NCBI RefSeq assembly: GCF_009834535.1
Contig: NC_045712.1
Coordinates: forward strand, 25,854,001-25,918,000
Length of the DNA: 64,000 bases
Reading direction: 5' to 3'
Source of the DNA: Camelus ferus
Taxonomy: Eukaryota
Shown here: piece by piece, positions 25,601 through 48,468 of the stretch
How positions within the stretch are numbered: position 1 is the first letter of the stretch
Layout of the letters: the number at the start of each line of letters is the position of its first letter
Notes under the pieces: model-generated
Told to the model about the DNA's origin: nothing
The model's input: only the letters and a program-made list of their open reading frames with translations
Database searches by the model: none
Translations under genes and position numbers: made by a program

Positions 25601-28600
25601 CAGTGTCCGTGCCCAATCCCAGCCTAGCAGTACCCGCTGCGCCCATCTGCTGCCCTCAGAACAGCTGTTCCAGGCGACCTTGACCCATGCATACAGGTAG
25701 GCAGGACCCTGTGGCCCCCAATACAAGACTCTATTATGTTACCAATACATTTGAAATAATACCCAAATGAAGTGGAAACCCTGCAGTATGATAAATCATG
25801 TCACAGAATAATCAAAATATGGACCTAATTTAAAACAGAGGGATTTAAGAACTTGTTTTTTTTCCACTGATCGTATGGACCCCATATCTGCACAATGGAA
25901 ATGGGGCATTCTTAGGACTACACGATAGTGGCCTTCTTACCCACCCTTACTCCTCTGCCCTCTCCCTGCAGAGCTGTGGTTCTATCCAGACCTTTCTGCT
26001 TTGAACCCAGAACCCACTACTCTGTGACCCTGTGGCTGTGGCAGACCAAAGGGGTGCAGAGGCCTGAGGGGGGCACCATCCTTCTGGATTCAGTAAGATC
26101 TTAGGGGCTCCACCCCATATCTGGGGGAGACACAAATTATAGCAGGACATTATTGGATGCAGTGGGCCCGGGGGACGGGGTGGTGGAGGCCTAGAATTGC
26201 ACCAAGAGGACTGAGACAGGTGGAGAGTGTAGGGAAGGGGATCCTGGCAGGAAGAGCACATGGCAAGGATAGAAGGTGAGGTACCAGACTTCACAGGGCC
26301 TTGTGGGCCAGGAGAGGGCTTATCCTTGGTCAGTGCAGAGCCATGGAAGAAATATGAGCAGGGAAGAGACATGGGGAGAATGGATTGTTAGGGGAAGGCT
26401 GCTGCAGTGATTGAGTGAGAGGTGGCATTGCCTGGACTAGATTGGAGCCATTGAAGAGGAAGGAGAAACAGACTCAAAAGAGAAACAGAAAAGGAGCGAG
26501 AAGAGGCTATGAAGGCCAACGTAAGGAAGTTACAGCAGTATAGGTGTTAGTGCGTGGGGCAGGGGTCACTTCCCCTGCCGACACCCTCAACCTACCAGAT
26601 TGTGCTCCTGCCACGGGTGAAAGAGTTGCCTGGGCTGAGATCCGTGGACCCTGGGGCCACAGGGAGCTCCACAAGGCGGGCTGCATGGAGGCAGTGAGGA
26701 TGGGCCCCTCTAGCACCAGGCCTGAGGCCTGTGCCCACCTTGCTTGCAGCATCTAGGCCCTGCTCCATGGGGGCGACCTCGGTGAGTGTGTGGCCCTGGC
26801 TTGAGGGATCTGAAGCATAGGGATTGCAGGAGGCACCATGAGGTTCATCTCATCTTGCCTTTTCCTGGCAGCATGTGAGTGCCATCCCCAGGGTTCACTG
26901 AGCACCAAGTGTGCCCTGCTGGGTGGGCAGTGTCCCTACCATCCTAATATCATTGATTGTAGCTGTGACCACTATGTGCCTGGAATGTATGGCTTCAACC
27001 CCACTGGCTGCAGTGTTGAGCCTTCAGGGCCAGTGGGTGTTGGTGTAGGGTCTGGGACCAGCCATCTCCTTTCTCTACATGGCTTGATTGCCCTGTCATT
27101 TCCCAGAGTGCCACTGCCACACTGAGGGTGCCACCAGTGCCATCTGTAACCCTATGAGTGGGCAGTGCCCATGCCAGGCTGGCTTTGCTGGTCTCCGCTG
27201 TGACCACTGCCTCTCTGGCTGGTGGGGCTTCCCTCACTGCCAGCCCTGTGCCTGCAATGGTCATGCTGAGTTGTGCCACCCACTCACAGTCGTCTGCCAG
27301 GACTGCCATGAAGCCACCATGGACCGGCACTGTGACAGGTCAGGCTGACATTGGAAGGGTTGGGGAGGAATTATGGTGAGTGGGCTAGTCCCCATTCTGT
27401 GTGCTCATGCCCCCAGGTGCTTGGATGGCTACTACGGAGACCATACCCTGGGCTCAGGCCAGCAGTGCCAGCCTTGCCTCTGTCCTGGGCAACCTGGCTC
27501 AGGCCTCTACCATGGGATTTCCTGCCATGTGGACAGTGCAAGTGGCCGTGTCCTGTGCCTCTGTGCACCTGGCTATGCAGGTGAGGCGCTGCTGGCAGTG
27601 ACAAACCATGGCCCTGCTCACTTGTTCACAATCCCATCAGATCCACAAGGGAAATCTTTACCAGTGCCCTCTGTATGTAGAGCTGCAGGCTGGGCACCTC
27701 TCCTCAAGAAGTTGCTGTTCTTGAGAAATTATAGGCATGGAACTTGTAAGTCAAGAAGATGGACCATAATGTAGCTATTGTGTCCTCTGCCCTCCTGGCT
27801 GGATCTCAGACTTTCTGGCTGGTTAAGTGGGACTCAGAGGCCCCAAGGGTATAGGAAGATAACTGAGACAACCCACACATATCCCAATCTTCCCCAGGCC
27901 CCCGCGGTGTCCGCTGCTCCTCTGGCTACTTTGGGCGCCCTTGGCCAGGAGGAGACCCCAGGAGGAGTCCGTACTGGCCCTGCCAGTGCAACAACAATAT
28001 TGATCCCTGTGACCCTGCTGCTTGCGATCCCCACAGTGGGCACTGCCAGCACTGTTTCCAGTACAGCCATGGCCCTGGCTGTGCACACTGTAGGCCTGGC
28101 TTCCATGGCACTGCCCTGTGCCCAGGGGGCTGCCGGCGTGAGTGTGTGGGTGGGATGGGTGGGGGCATCCCAAGGTGGATAGATAGGTTCTTTTTCCTCA
28201 GACCTTGTCAAGCCCTTCCTCTTCCCAGGCTGCCGCTGTAACCCCCAGGGCACCATCCCTGTGAGGTGCCCATCTGGGGCTGAAGCCTGCTTCTGCAACC
28301 AGGTCAGCGGGCAGTGCCCCTGCTGCCCCACACACTGGGGCAGGACTGTAGCTTCTGTGCCCCGCCTCTTCTGGAATCTGGGAGGGCCCCGAGGCTGCAA
28401 ACCCTGCAGCTGCCATGCCCGACACACTTTGCAGCCAGTGTGTCACCCAGTGAGTGAACCCATGTTGCAGGTAGCATGTGGCAGCAGCCAGGTGTGAGTG
28501 AATGTGTGTGCCTGTGACAGGTGTGATTTATGGCTGGTTAAAGTGTTAATGTGATCACCAGCCGGGGTGTGTGTGGCTGCAAATAGCCGTGTCTATGCTC

Positions 28601-31554
28601 TTGTGTGACATTAACTGTGAGCAGACTCGAGATTGCATGGGCCCGACCCCACTCGCAGCCATGCATTAGTGTGTGGGTGAACCACAATGAGTGGGTCATG
28701 ACAAGTGGAATGAGCGTGGGCTCAGGAGAGGGGGCAGAGGGTGAGGACTGAGAGCTGGCACAGGCAGAGACGGATGGCCTTGGGAAGCGCATGTTTCCGG
28801 GAGGAGCCTGGTCAGTGACTGAACAAGATGATGTCTGAAGCATGTTCTTGTGTCCTTGAGGAGGAGAGGGTGGGTGTTGGGGGGTGAAGGAGGCATGGGT
28901 TGAGAGTGTGGAGACAGTGGGGTGCTCGACTCAGGACACTGAGGAACAAAGGGTAGCAGGTCAGGAGTTGAGAACTTGGAGGGCCAGTCTGTGAGGGGCG
29001 AGGCTAGCAATATGGGAAGGTGGGGACTGGTCAAGGGGTCAGGTTGGAGGAGGCAGGAGGGAGAAGCCCTCAGCCAAGCACAGGTGTGGTGCTGCCTCTG
29101 AGCACTCATGTCCTTCTCCCTCCCCTAGAAGAGGCTCTTTGTTTCTGACTGGTCGTATTCCTTCCCCTCAGGTCACCGGTCAGTGCCCCTGCTGGGCAGG
29201 ATTTGGGGGCCGCACATGCTCCCCGTGTCAGGATGGGTACTGGGGTGACCCAGAGCAGGAGTGCAGAGATGAGCAGGCTGCTCACACAATCCCCCGCCAG
29301 GGGTGAGGCTGCCCTGATGGGGCCCTCAGTGTAGGGGAGCAGGGGAGCAACTGGGTGATCCTGGGGGAGAGCACAGTGTGTTTATTGCTGTTTCCTCCAA
29401 AACTTAATGAAATACTCATGAAAACAGCTGTAGGAAAAAAGCGTTGGCCAGGCTAGGTCAGGTATGTCTGCAGAGAGGACACGTTGGTGGCTCTTTCCTG
29501 ACCCTACCTTGCCGTCTTGACCCTAGCTGACCCCTGACCAGTCTGCAAAGCCCCTAGAGCCCAGTGCCTTCCTGCCCCAAGGCTGCCATGCAGTATGGCC
29601 TCTTTGGCCAAGGTAGATGCCCGTGCCCATGGCCGTTCTGGACAGTGGCTTGTGTGAGGACCTTTACAGTCACACAGGGCCGTTTTCTTCCTTCAGACTT
29701 CTTGGAGGCGAGGCTCCGGTGAATGCTGCCTGCTTCCTTCCCTAACCCTGTCTCTCCCCCGCAGCCTGTGCCTGTGACCCCCAGGGCTCCATTGCACCAG
29801 CTGTGACCCACACACAGGCGCCTGCCACTGCAAACAGGGCATCTCAGAGTGAGATGCCAAGCATGTGCCCGTGGCTCCAGAGGTGGCTTTGCACAGTGCA
29901 CGTCCTGCCCTCCCTGTTTCACCTCCTGGAATCAACACCTGGCTCTGCTCCAGCTGCAGCTAGACGTAGTGGCCCGGGAGGTGGCTACCCTCTGTCAGGG
30001 GATGCCTGGCTGGGGTACCAGGGGCCAGGGAAGACACTTGCAGGCCCTGGAGGGGATACTCCAGCAGGCACAGATGCTCCTGGAATCTCCCTCCCCCACT
30101 GTGGGGCCCCTGCAACAACTTGCAGAGTGGATAGCTGGACTCAGGCAAGGGGTCTGGGGCCAGTAGGGAGGCGATCTCCAGCTAGCTTCCCAGGTCAAGG
30201 ACTCAGAGGGTCACAGGTTGGCCTATCTGACTCCTGGGTTTGGAAGTGAGGGGAGTTTTCTTGAGTGAGGAATTGGGGAGGAGAGGGCATCTCTGGCCAG
30301 GCTGTTGATACTCCATCTTCCCATAGGAGGAAGACAATTGCATTGGCCCAGACATTGTGGGCCACCAAACAGGTTGTTGTAGAAAGAGAGCCATGGGTTA
30401 ATGGGCAGTGTGAATGTCTTAAAAGAATTATCCCAGGAGCTAGACTGTGTCAAGGGCTTGGCCTGGCCCAAGAAGGCCACAGGAGCCCAAGGTGAGGCCA
30501 GGTGGGCAGGTGGGTGAGCAGCAGGTGAGGGGAGGGGCTAGACTGGGGCAGAGGAAGGAAAAGGGTGCCGTTGCTTACATATCTGGGGGACCCAGGAGGC
30601 CCATGGACCCTGCCTCAGCCACTGGAGCCCTGAGCTGCTCCTCTGTCCAACCTTCCCATTCCCTGCAGATGCTGAGGCCCAGGCCTATTCAGCTGCCCTT
30701 CTTCCCCAAGAGGTCATACGTGGACCCCAGATTATGGCAACACCTGGAGGACCAGACAGCATCCTGAGACAGGCCCGAGAGGCTTGGTGGTGGACTGAGC
30801 AGCTGCTGTAGGGGTTGGGCCATCAAAGGGATAGCTGTGTGGCAGCTGAAATTGGAGGGGCTGGTCAACAGGGTCCAGAGTCTACACCCACAGCTTCTGA
30901 GACTCCTAGTCAAGCTGGAGTGGTGGGTGGAGATATGGATCACTGTGGGAAGTTTTGCCAAGACAAGGACTCTCTCCTAGGGGTAAACTGGGTGTAGGGC
31001 GATGGGAGATCTGGGACATGCATTCCTCACTGGATCCCCTATCTTGTTGGCAGGAATGCACGGGTTGGGGACCTGGGCTGGCCTGTGTTCCTATGCCCTG
31101 TGTTGTTCCCTCTTGTCCCAGAACCCTGCCCACCACCCAATGGGCTCTGGTTGCCTCTTGTAACTCCTCTTATAGCCTGGACCTAGCAGTCACAACTTCG
31201 GAGCGGTGTCAGCAACTGGTACAGAGCCATGGGGGCCATGGAGGGGAACATGGGGGAAGTCATAGGGTATCATGGCTTGACCATGGGGTTGCAGGAGAAA
31301 CATTCCACGTCTGATCTGCCCCTACCAGCTACTGCAAATCCAGGCCACTGCAAGCTCTATGGGAATCCAGGCCCAGAAGATGTGGCGTCATATAAGGGGG
31401 TCCAGGGGTGTGGCCACTGTGGCTCATGTGCAAGCAACTGTTCAGACTGTCCAGCATTCCCTCTTGGGTACATATCTGCTAGTTGTGTGTCTGAGGGCAG
31501 GGGCAGGTGGGCATCCAGGACCTGTTATAATACTCCTAGAATTAAGAATACTCA

Positions 31555-31771
31555 GTGGGTGGGAAGGGACTGGGATTTCAAAATGTAGAATAGATAAACA
31601 AAATTGTACCGTGTAGCACAGGGAAATATATACAGGATCTTGTGGTGGCTCACAGCGAAAGAGAATGTGACAATGAATGTATGTATATTCATGTATAACT
31701 GAAAAAATGTGCTCTACACTGGAATTTGACACAACATTGTAAAATGACTATAACTCGTTAAAAAAAAAAGA
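31555..31771 (+). mobile_element. 5'-truncated young LINE-1 3' end with poly(A) and target-site duplication
   Basis: About 215 nt ending in an A-run, flanked by the direct repeat AAGAATACTCA (31544-31554 and 31772-31782) at a TT/AAGA L1-endonuclease-type site. Confidence 0.85.
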
Positions 31772-31859
31772 AAGAATACTCATCAGGGTTGACCAAGGGT
31801 CAGGTGGGAGCACTAGTTTTCTATTAAATGTTTGGCAAGTCAGGGTTGGGGGTCAGGAG

Positions 31860-32000
31860 GAACTGATTTGTAGTGTTTGTCAATTTCCAGTGGAAGGAAT
31901 CCCCCCGTGGCTGATTTCAGTCTACCTATCATTTAACAGTTGGTTCGCAAAATTCTTGAAAATTTGACAATTGGTTCTTGGAAGCCTCCAGCATACCATG
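31860..32000. mobile_element. Possible DNA-transposon (MER-type) remnant
   Basis: GGTTCGCAAAATTCTTGAAAATTTGACAATTGGTTC...CTCCAGCATACCA resembles a MER-type terminus from memory; the family was not identified. Confidence 0.35.
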
Positions 32001-34199
32001 TAGTCATGTTAGAGGCAGGATCAGTGAGAGGTTAGGGTCAAGGTTCGTTGGGTCAGGGATCAGAATTCATGTCCAGGGTCCCTACCTCCATCCCTACAGA
32101 TGAAGGTGCAGATGCTATGAGTGTGGAGCTGGTGGCATGGCGTGGGCTGGCGGTGCCTCTCCCCCGAGGTGGAACAGCAGGCATTGCCCTGCTGGATCAG
32201 ATCCAGGGTGCCTGCCCTGTACCAGATGTCATAGGCCAGGAACTGCCCAGAGCTGAAGGTGTCCTCCATCAGGCACAGCAGACCAGGTGAAGGGCAAGGA
32301 GGCTGGATGTAGAGGTCAGAGGGTGGGGAAGAAAGGGATGCCCAACTGATCATCTGTGCCCTTCAGGGAGGGTATAGTCAGGGCCCAGGACCAAGCACTG
32401 GATGTTCAGGGTGTGCTGGCTGAGGCGGGAACTCATGCAAGAGCTATAGAGCAAGGGCTGCAGGTGGTGAAACAGAGACTTCAAGGCCTGGAAGCCAGTA
32501 TACAGGAGGTGATACCCCACCCAAACCCCTCAGCTCCCTCACACCTCTTGTTCAGAGGCCACTGTGATCCCTGTTCTCCACCTGAAATGTTTGACCCACT
32601 GTGATACTATGGTGCTACCAAATACCCTGACCATGTGAACACTTTACTTAGTTGCTACCCTAATGTGACCTCTCTGTGATCCCCTGACCTTTGCCTCAGG
32701 TGGCAGGGCTACTGGCCTGGGTGGCTCTGGAAGTGGATGTGACCCCAGTCCTGGGGCGTTTGTCCAGTGCAGCTGTGGCTCTCAGGACCCTTTTGGCCCT
32801 GAGTCAGCTGCAGGCCCAGGAGGCAGAAGAGCAGGCAGCACATGCCTTGGGCATGGCTGGGAGCCTGAACAAGATGAGATGGGAAAAGTGGACATTAGAA
32901 TCTCAGGGACACCTCTGGAACAGTGTGAAGTGGGGTTTAGGCTGGGACTGGACTGTGCTGGGCTGAAGCAGGATCTCAGTTCTAAAAGCCCCTGCCCCCC
33001 AGGAACCTTGGGCAGCAATGTGTTTGGGACAGTAGGGTCTAGGTGGGGTGGGGTTTCAGATCCAGTCCTGCTCTAGGAGTTGCAGGTGTCCCAGTTAGGT
33101 GTGACAGAGTTGCAGGAGGGCACGTCTAGCCTGGTGATTATGGTGCAGGATGTAGGAGAGCGGGTACAGCGGGAATGAGCTGAGGCTCAAGAGCTGCTAA
33201 AGCTGGCACAGAACAGCTGGAGCCACCTGGAGGGTGCATGGCTGTGCCATGGTGGGGAGAGTACAGGGGCAGGATCAGGGTCAGAAGGGAGGGTCAGAGT
33301 CACAAGGGTGGTGTAGGAGGGTCAGGGCTGGGTCCAGGTCAGGTCCAGCTTCATGTAGGGATCAGGCTGCGGACAAAGTTCAGAACAGAGGGTCAAATGT
33401 TGACTAGGGTTAGAGCTCATTTAAGACTGGGGTCAGAGTCAGGCCGTGACAGAGATGAGGACCAGGGTCAGAGATGAGGGCCAAAGGTCAGAGCCTGGCT
33501 CAGATGACCTTGATCCCCAGGCTTGGAGCACCACCTGGCACAGAACGAGCAGGCACTGGGCAAGAAGGTGGCCACCCTGTGGACCCTGGAGCAGCAGGCA
33601 GTAGAGCTGCTTGAGGACACGTAGCTGTGGGCCAATGCGTATGCCACCTGCTGACTGCTGTCTATGGATGCCAGTAAGAGGGACTCTGGGACTGCTTGGG
33701 TGACTCAGAGTGACCAGAGTGGCCCAGGAATCTCCTGACCTTGAGAGACCAGAGACACCACTGAGTGGCTCCCCCATCCTGAGCCCCAGGAGACACCATG
33801 ATGTCTTCCAGTGGCCCTCTGACCTTGAGAAACCTGAAACATCATGTAAAACTCCCTAAGGCCATCGAGTGCCCCAAGACCCTGATAGATCCTTATCTTT
33901 AAGTGATCTAAGGTTCTGAGCCACCTCTAGTATCCCTGAGCCCCTCAGGTGGACTATGTGACCCTCAGGGTGACTGGAGATCTCTACTCCAGATAACTGG
34001 TGTAACTCCCAGCAACCCTGGAAGTCCAACAGATTGACTGCCTCCTGATTTCCCTGAAGAACCCCCAGCTTTCTCCCCTGGGCCAGCAGCTCCGGGGTAC
34101 TCTCCACTCGACCCCAGACAGAAAGTGGGTGCAGCTGTGGCAGCTCAAAGTCATCCTGACATGGCCCTACAGTCCCACAGAGTGCCTGGTCCTGCCGCT

Positions 34200-34310
34200 G
34201 TCCCAGGGGCCTGGGTGGGGCACGCGCTCCGGCAGCGCGCATTCCAAGCCCGGGCTCAGGCACTCTCGGCAGGCCAGAAAGTCCGGAGTGGATGAATAGC
34301 CGTAAGATCT
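34200..34310 (+). promoter_or_regulatory. Small CpG-rich patch, candidate upstream promoter or non-coding exon of LAMB2
   Basis: Local CpG cluster, a GCATTCC (TEAD-like) motif and a donor-like CC|GTAAGA at 34301/34302. An acceptor-like CCTCTTCAG|G lies one base before the LAMB2 ATG. This assignment is an inference. Confidence 0.4.
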
Positions 34311-35190
34311 GGATTCGCTCGCTACTGCTCTGCTCTGTTGTCGGTGCCCAGCACCTATTTATACCAGGAAACTAAGCACTTCTCGTGCCTATGTGCTGTA
34401 GTGACTGGGGGAGGTGGAGACCTTGGGCAGGGGATGGTCTTTCTCCATTTCTACCCATACCCCTGTGTTGTCCTGTCTCTCCTGCCAGGCCATCCTAAAC
34501 CTTCCCAAATCCCTGAGTAGGGGAGCTTGACAGCCCTGAGTGCACCCTTCCACCTCCCTGCTGATGCTGGAGCCCTGGGACTGAAAAGACTACTCGATGG
34601 TGACTTCCGAAGCATCGACAACACTGGGGACAAAGGCTAATTTCCATGGGCCCTTGAGGTCTCGAAGATCAGACTCCTTTGCTTATGCCATGGCCCCTGC
34701 TTGGTGCGTTCCTTAACTGCAGTGGCGTAAAGCCCCAGGCCCCTACCTTCCCCTGGCTCTGCACAGGCCTGGGTATGGGGGCACAATAAAGATTTGCAGG
34801 TGAGCAGGCCTGTGTCTGGTTTCTAGAATGAGGGAGGAGGAGGTTCTGCATGATGGTGGGCAGCAGAGGCTCAGGGAAGGGAAAGGTCCCAGGGGCCCAC
34901 ACCAATTTGTGGCTGAGCCAGTTCCAGAAAGGTGGAGGGTTTCTGCATGATGTTGTGCTCCTGCCCGAGATCCACTCCATTCTTTGCTTCCTGCCATGCT
35001 TCCCAACTTTGCTCAAAGTCGCCAGACTCCGAGCAAGTGGAGGGACCGCTGGACAGACAGAGGACTGAGTGGGGAATCAGCCAAGGACCCACACAGGCAG
35101 AGTCAGCATGGGACCCCAAGGGTAGGGGTGGGTGGCAAGGGCCCCAGACCTCCCACTTCCCCTCTCATCCTGATTCCCCTCCTCTTCAGG

Positions 35191-47013
<11,823 letters not shown>

Positions 47014-47110
47014 CCCTTGTCCGAGGACTACCCCAGACCTCAGTCCCCAGTCTCTCCCTGCACGCATTACTGCCTGTGCATGGAATAGTCCCCAGCCTGG
47101 CAAGGCCCCC

Positions 47111-47116
47111 AATAAA
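47111..47116 (+). terminator. LAMB2 polyadenylation signal
   Basis: AATAAA about 100 nt after the stop codon, followed by GT-rich sequence. Confidence 0.85.
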
Positions 47117-47189
47117 CCGGTGTGAATCCCTACTGTGTGGTCTGGACTCTGATTTGGAGAGGGCGGGGTCTCTGGGCGGAACCTCGGGG

Positions 47190-47900
47190 CTGCCATCAGC
47201 CTGGGCCCCAGGCAACGCCGAGGCACCGGAGCCCCGCCTCCTCCGTTCGGCCCGCCCCGGAGCTGCCCGTCGCCGCGTGCCCGCTCCCGCAGGAAGTGCG
47301 TCACGGGCTCTGCGTTCAGCCTCCCGCGGCCACTAGAAGTCGAAACAAAACAAGCAGCTGAGGCGGTGGCGGCGGTGCCGGGACGGGGGAGGGGCGCGCC
47401 GGAACCGGAACCGACTTGACGCCGGAACCGGAACCGAGAGCGGGTTGCCAGGGCCCGAAGAGGGCTGGCGGCTGCGGCGGCGGCGGCCTCGCTCGGTGAG
47501 TTGGGCGGGCCGCTGCTCGCCTGTCTCGCCAGAGCCGGGAGGCCGCGACGCGGGCCCGGGGTGGCCTGTTCAAGGTCACGGGCCGTGCCAGCCTCCATCC
47601 CTCGAGCCCTGCGGCGTGCCGGGCCCACTGATGCAGGCGGGGCCGTTGCGCTACTCCCGTGGCCGTCCTCCCGCTTCGGAGAGTGCTGGCGGCGAGCGAG
47701 GGCGGCTTCCTGGAGGAGGTGGTGGCGGGCCCAGGGTTCGGAGGCTGGAGCTGGGGCGCAGCCCGGCTGGGGCGCTGGTCAGTCGTCAGTAACCCCGCGC
47801 CGCCGTATTAGGCCGGCTTGGGTCTCTAGGCAGCCCCTTTCCCTCCTCGATGTCCCAGGAGGTTAGGGGAGGGACGCGACCTTCGACTGGGGCTTGGGTG
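47190..47900 (+). promoter_or_regulatory. CpG island, promoter and non-coding exon 1 of USP19
   Basis: CpG-dense. GGAAGTGCGTCAC (ETS/CRE-like) at 47292, four CCGGAA at 47399, 47405, 47422 and 47428, and donor TCG|GTGAGT at 47495/47496. Confidence 0.8.
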
Positions 47901-48433
47901 CAAAGAGGCGGAGGATGTCCACTCCTCATTCTCTTAACCTGTCGTCATTGAAGATCCAGCCCACTAGTCCCACATCTGACCCAAAGAAGGATATCTACAC
48001 CCACCTTTCCCCCCGCCCACACACTCACGTACCCAAACCCTGGGGAACACAGACTAGTAACTATCTGTCCTGCTACTGTCTCAAGCCAGGCTTGAGGCTG
48101 CCAGGGGTCGTGATCCATGATTCATCCCCGCCTTTATCTCAGTTTTGATAACTTTATTTTGGATGGAGAAACAGCCCAGAATCCACTGGTGGGTCTGTGG
48201 GAAACTTGGCAGAAAGCCTCTTCCCTGGCTCAGCGCTGATGAGTAAGTGGACCTGGGAAGGAAGGAGATAATGTCTGTTTCAGTCTCTAACTGGATGCCC
48301 GCCCTGCCTTGGCTCTGGGGCAGGGTTGCTGCTGAAAGGGTAATGTGACATCTGAACACCGTTTTCACCCTAGCTTTTGCAGGCCCCTCTCTGCATGGTA
48401 CAGCAGCTGGAGAGAGGAATCTCTCCAGATGCA

Positions 48434-48468
48434 GAAAAAGAAGAAGAAGAAGAAGAAGAAAAAAAAAA
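48434..48468 (+). repeat. (GAA)n microsatellite with A-run in USP19 intron 1
   Basis: GAAAAAGAAGAAGAAGAAGAAGAAGAAAAAAAAAA. Confidence 0.9.

Larger units (their letters stand above)
20300..33654 (+). pseudogene. LAMB2P1: Unprocessed laminin beta-2-like pseudogene (LAMB2L/LAMB2P1 position), nearly full length
   Basis: More than 25 exon remnants are colinear with LAMB2. Examples: ~20430-20641 (GCFSGSCFPPTGNL), 20861-20934, 21040-21227, 21299-21362, 22756-22949, 23039-23159, 23240-23428, 23528-23700, 23835-23948, 24425-24504, 24590-24746, 25359-25487, 25575-25696, 25972-26092, 26599-26781, 26872-27015, 27107-27338, 27417-27580, 27898-28137, 28229-28449, 29172-29268, 29765-30144, 32100-32286, 32367-32508, 32700-32873, 33077-33233 and 33521-33654 (ends YATC*). 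In-frame stops occur at 20893, 26754, 33176 and 33622, with several frameshifts and four lost GT donors. Confidence 0.93.

Noticed and set aside
26220-26460. Purine-rich intronic stretch, possibly an extra LAMB2L exon
   Set aside because: It looks like a degraded LINE-2 piece and has no laminin-like translation.
20300-33654. Possibility that the LAMB2-like locus is a functional gene damaged by sequencing errors
   Set aside because: The lesions are numerous and varied (nonsense, frameshift, donor loss, Cys loss), while the neighbouring KLHDC8B, LAMB2 and USP19 exons sum perfectly in frame.
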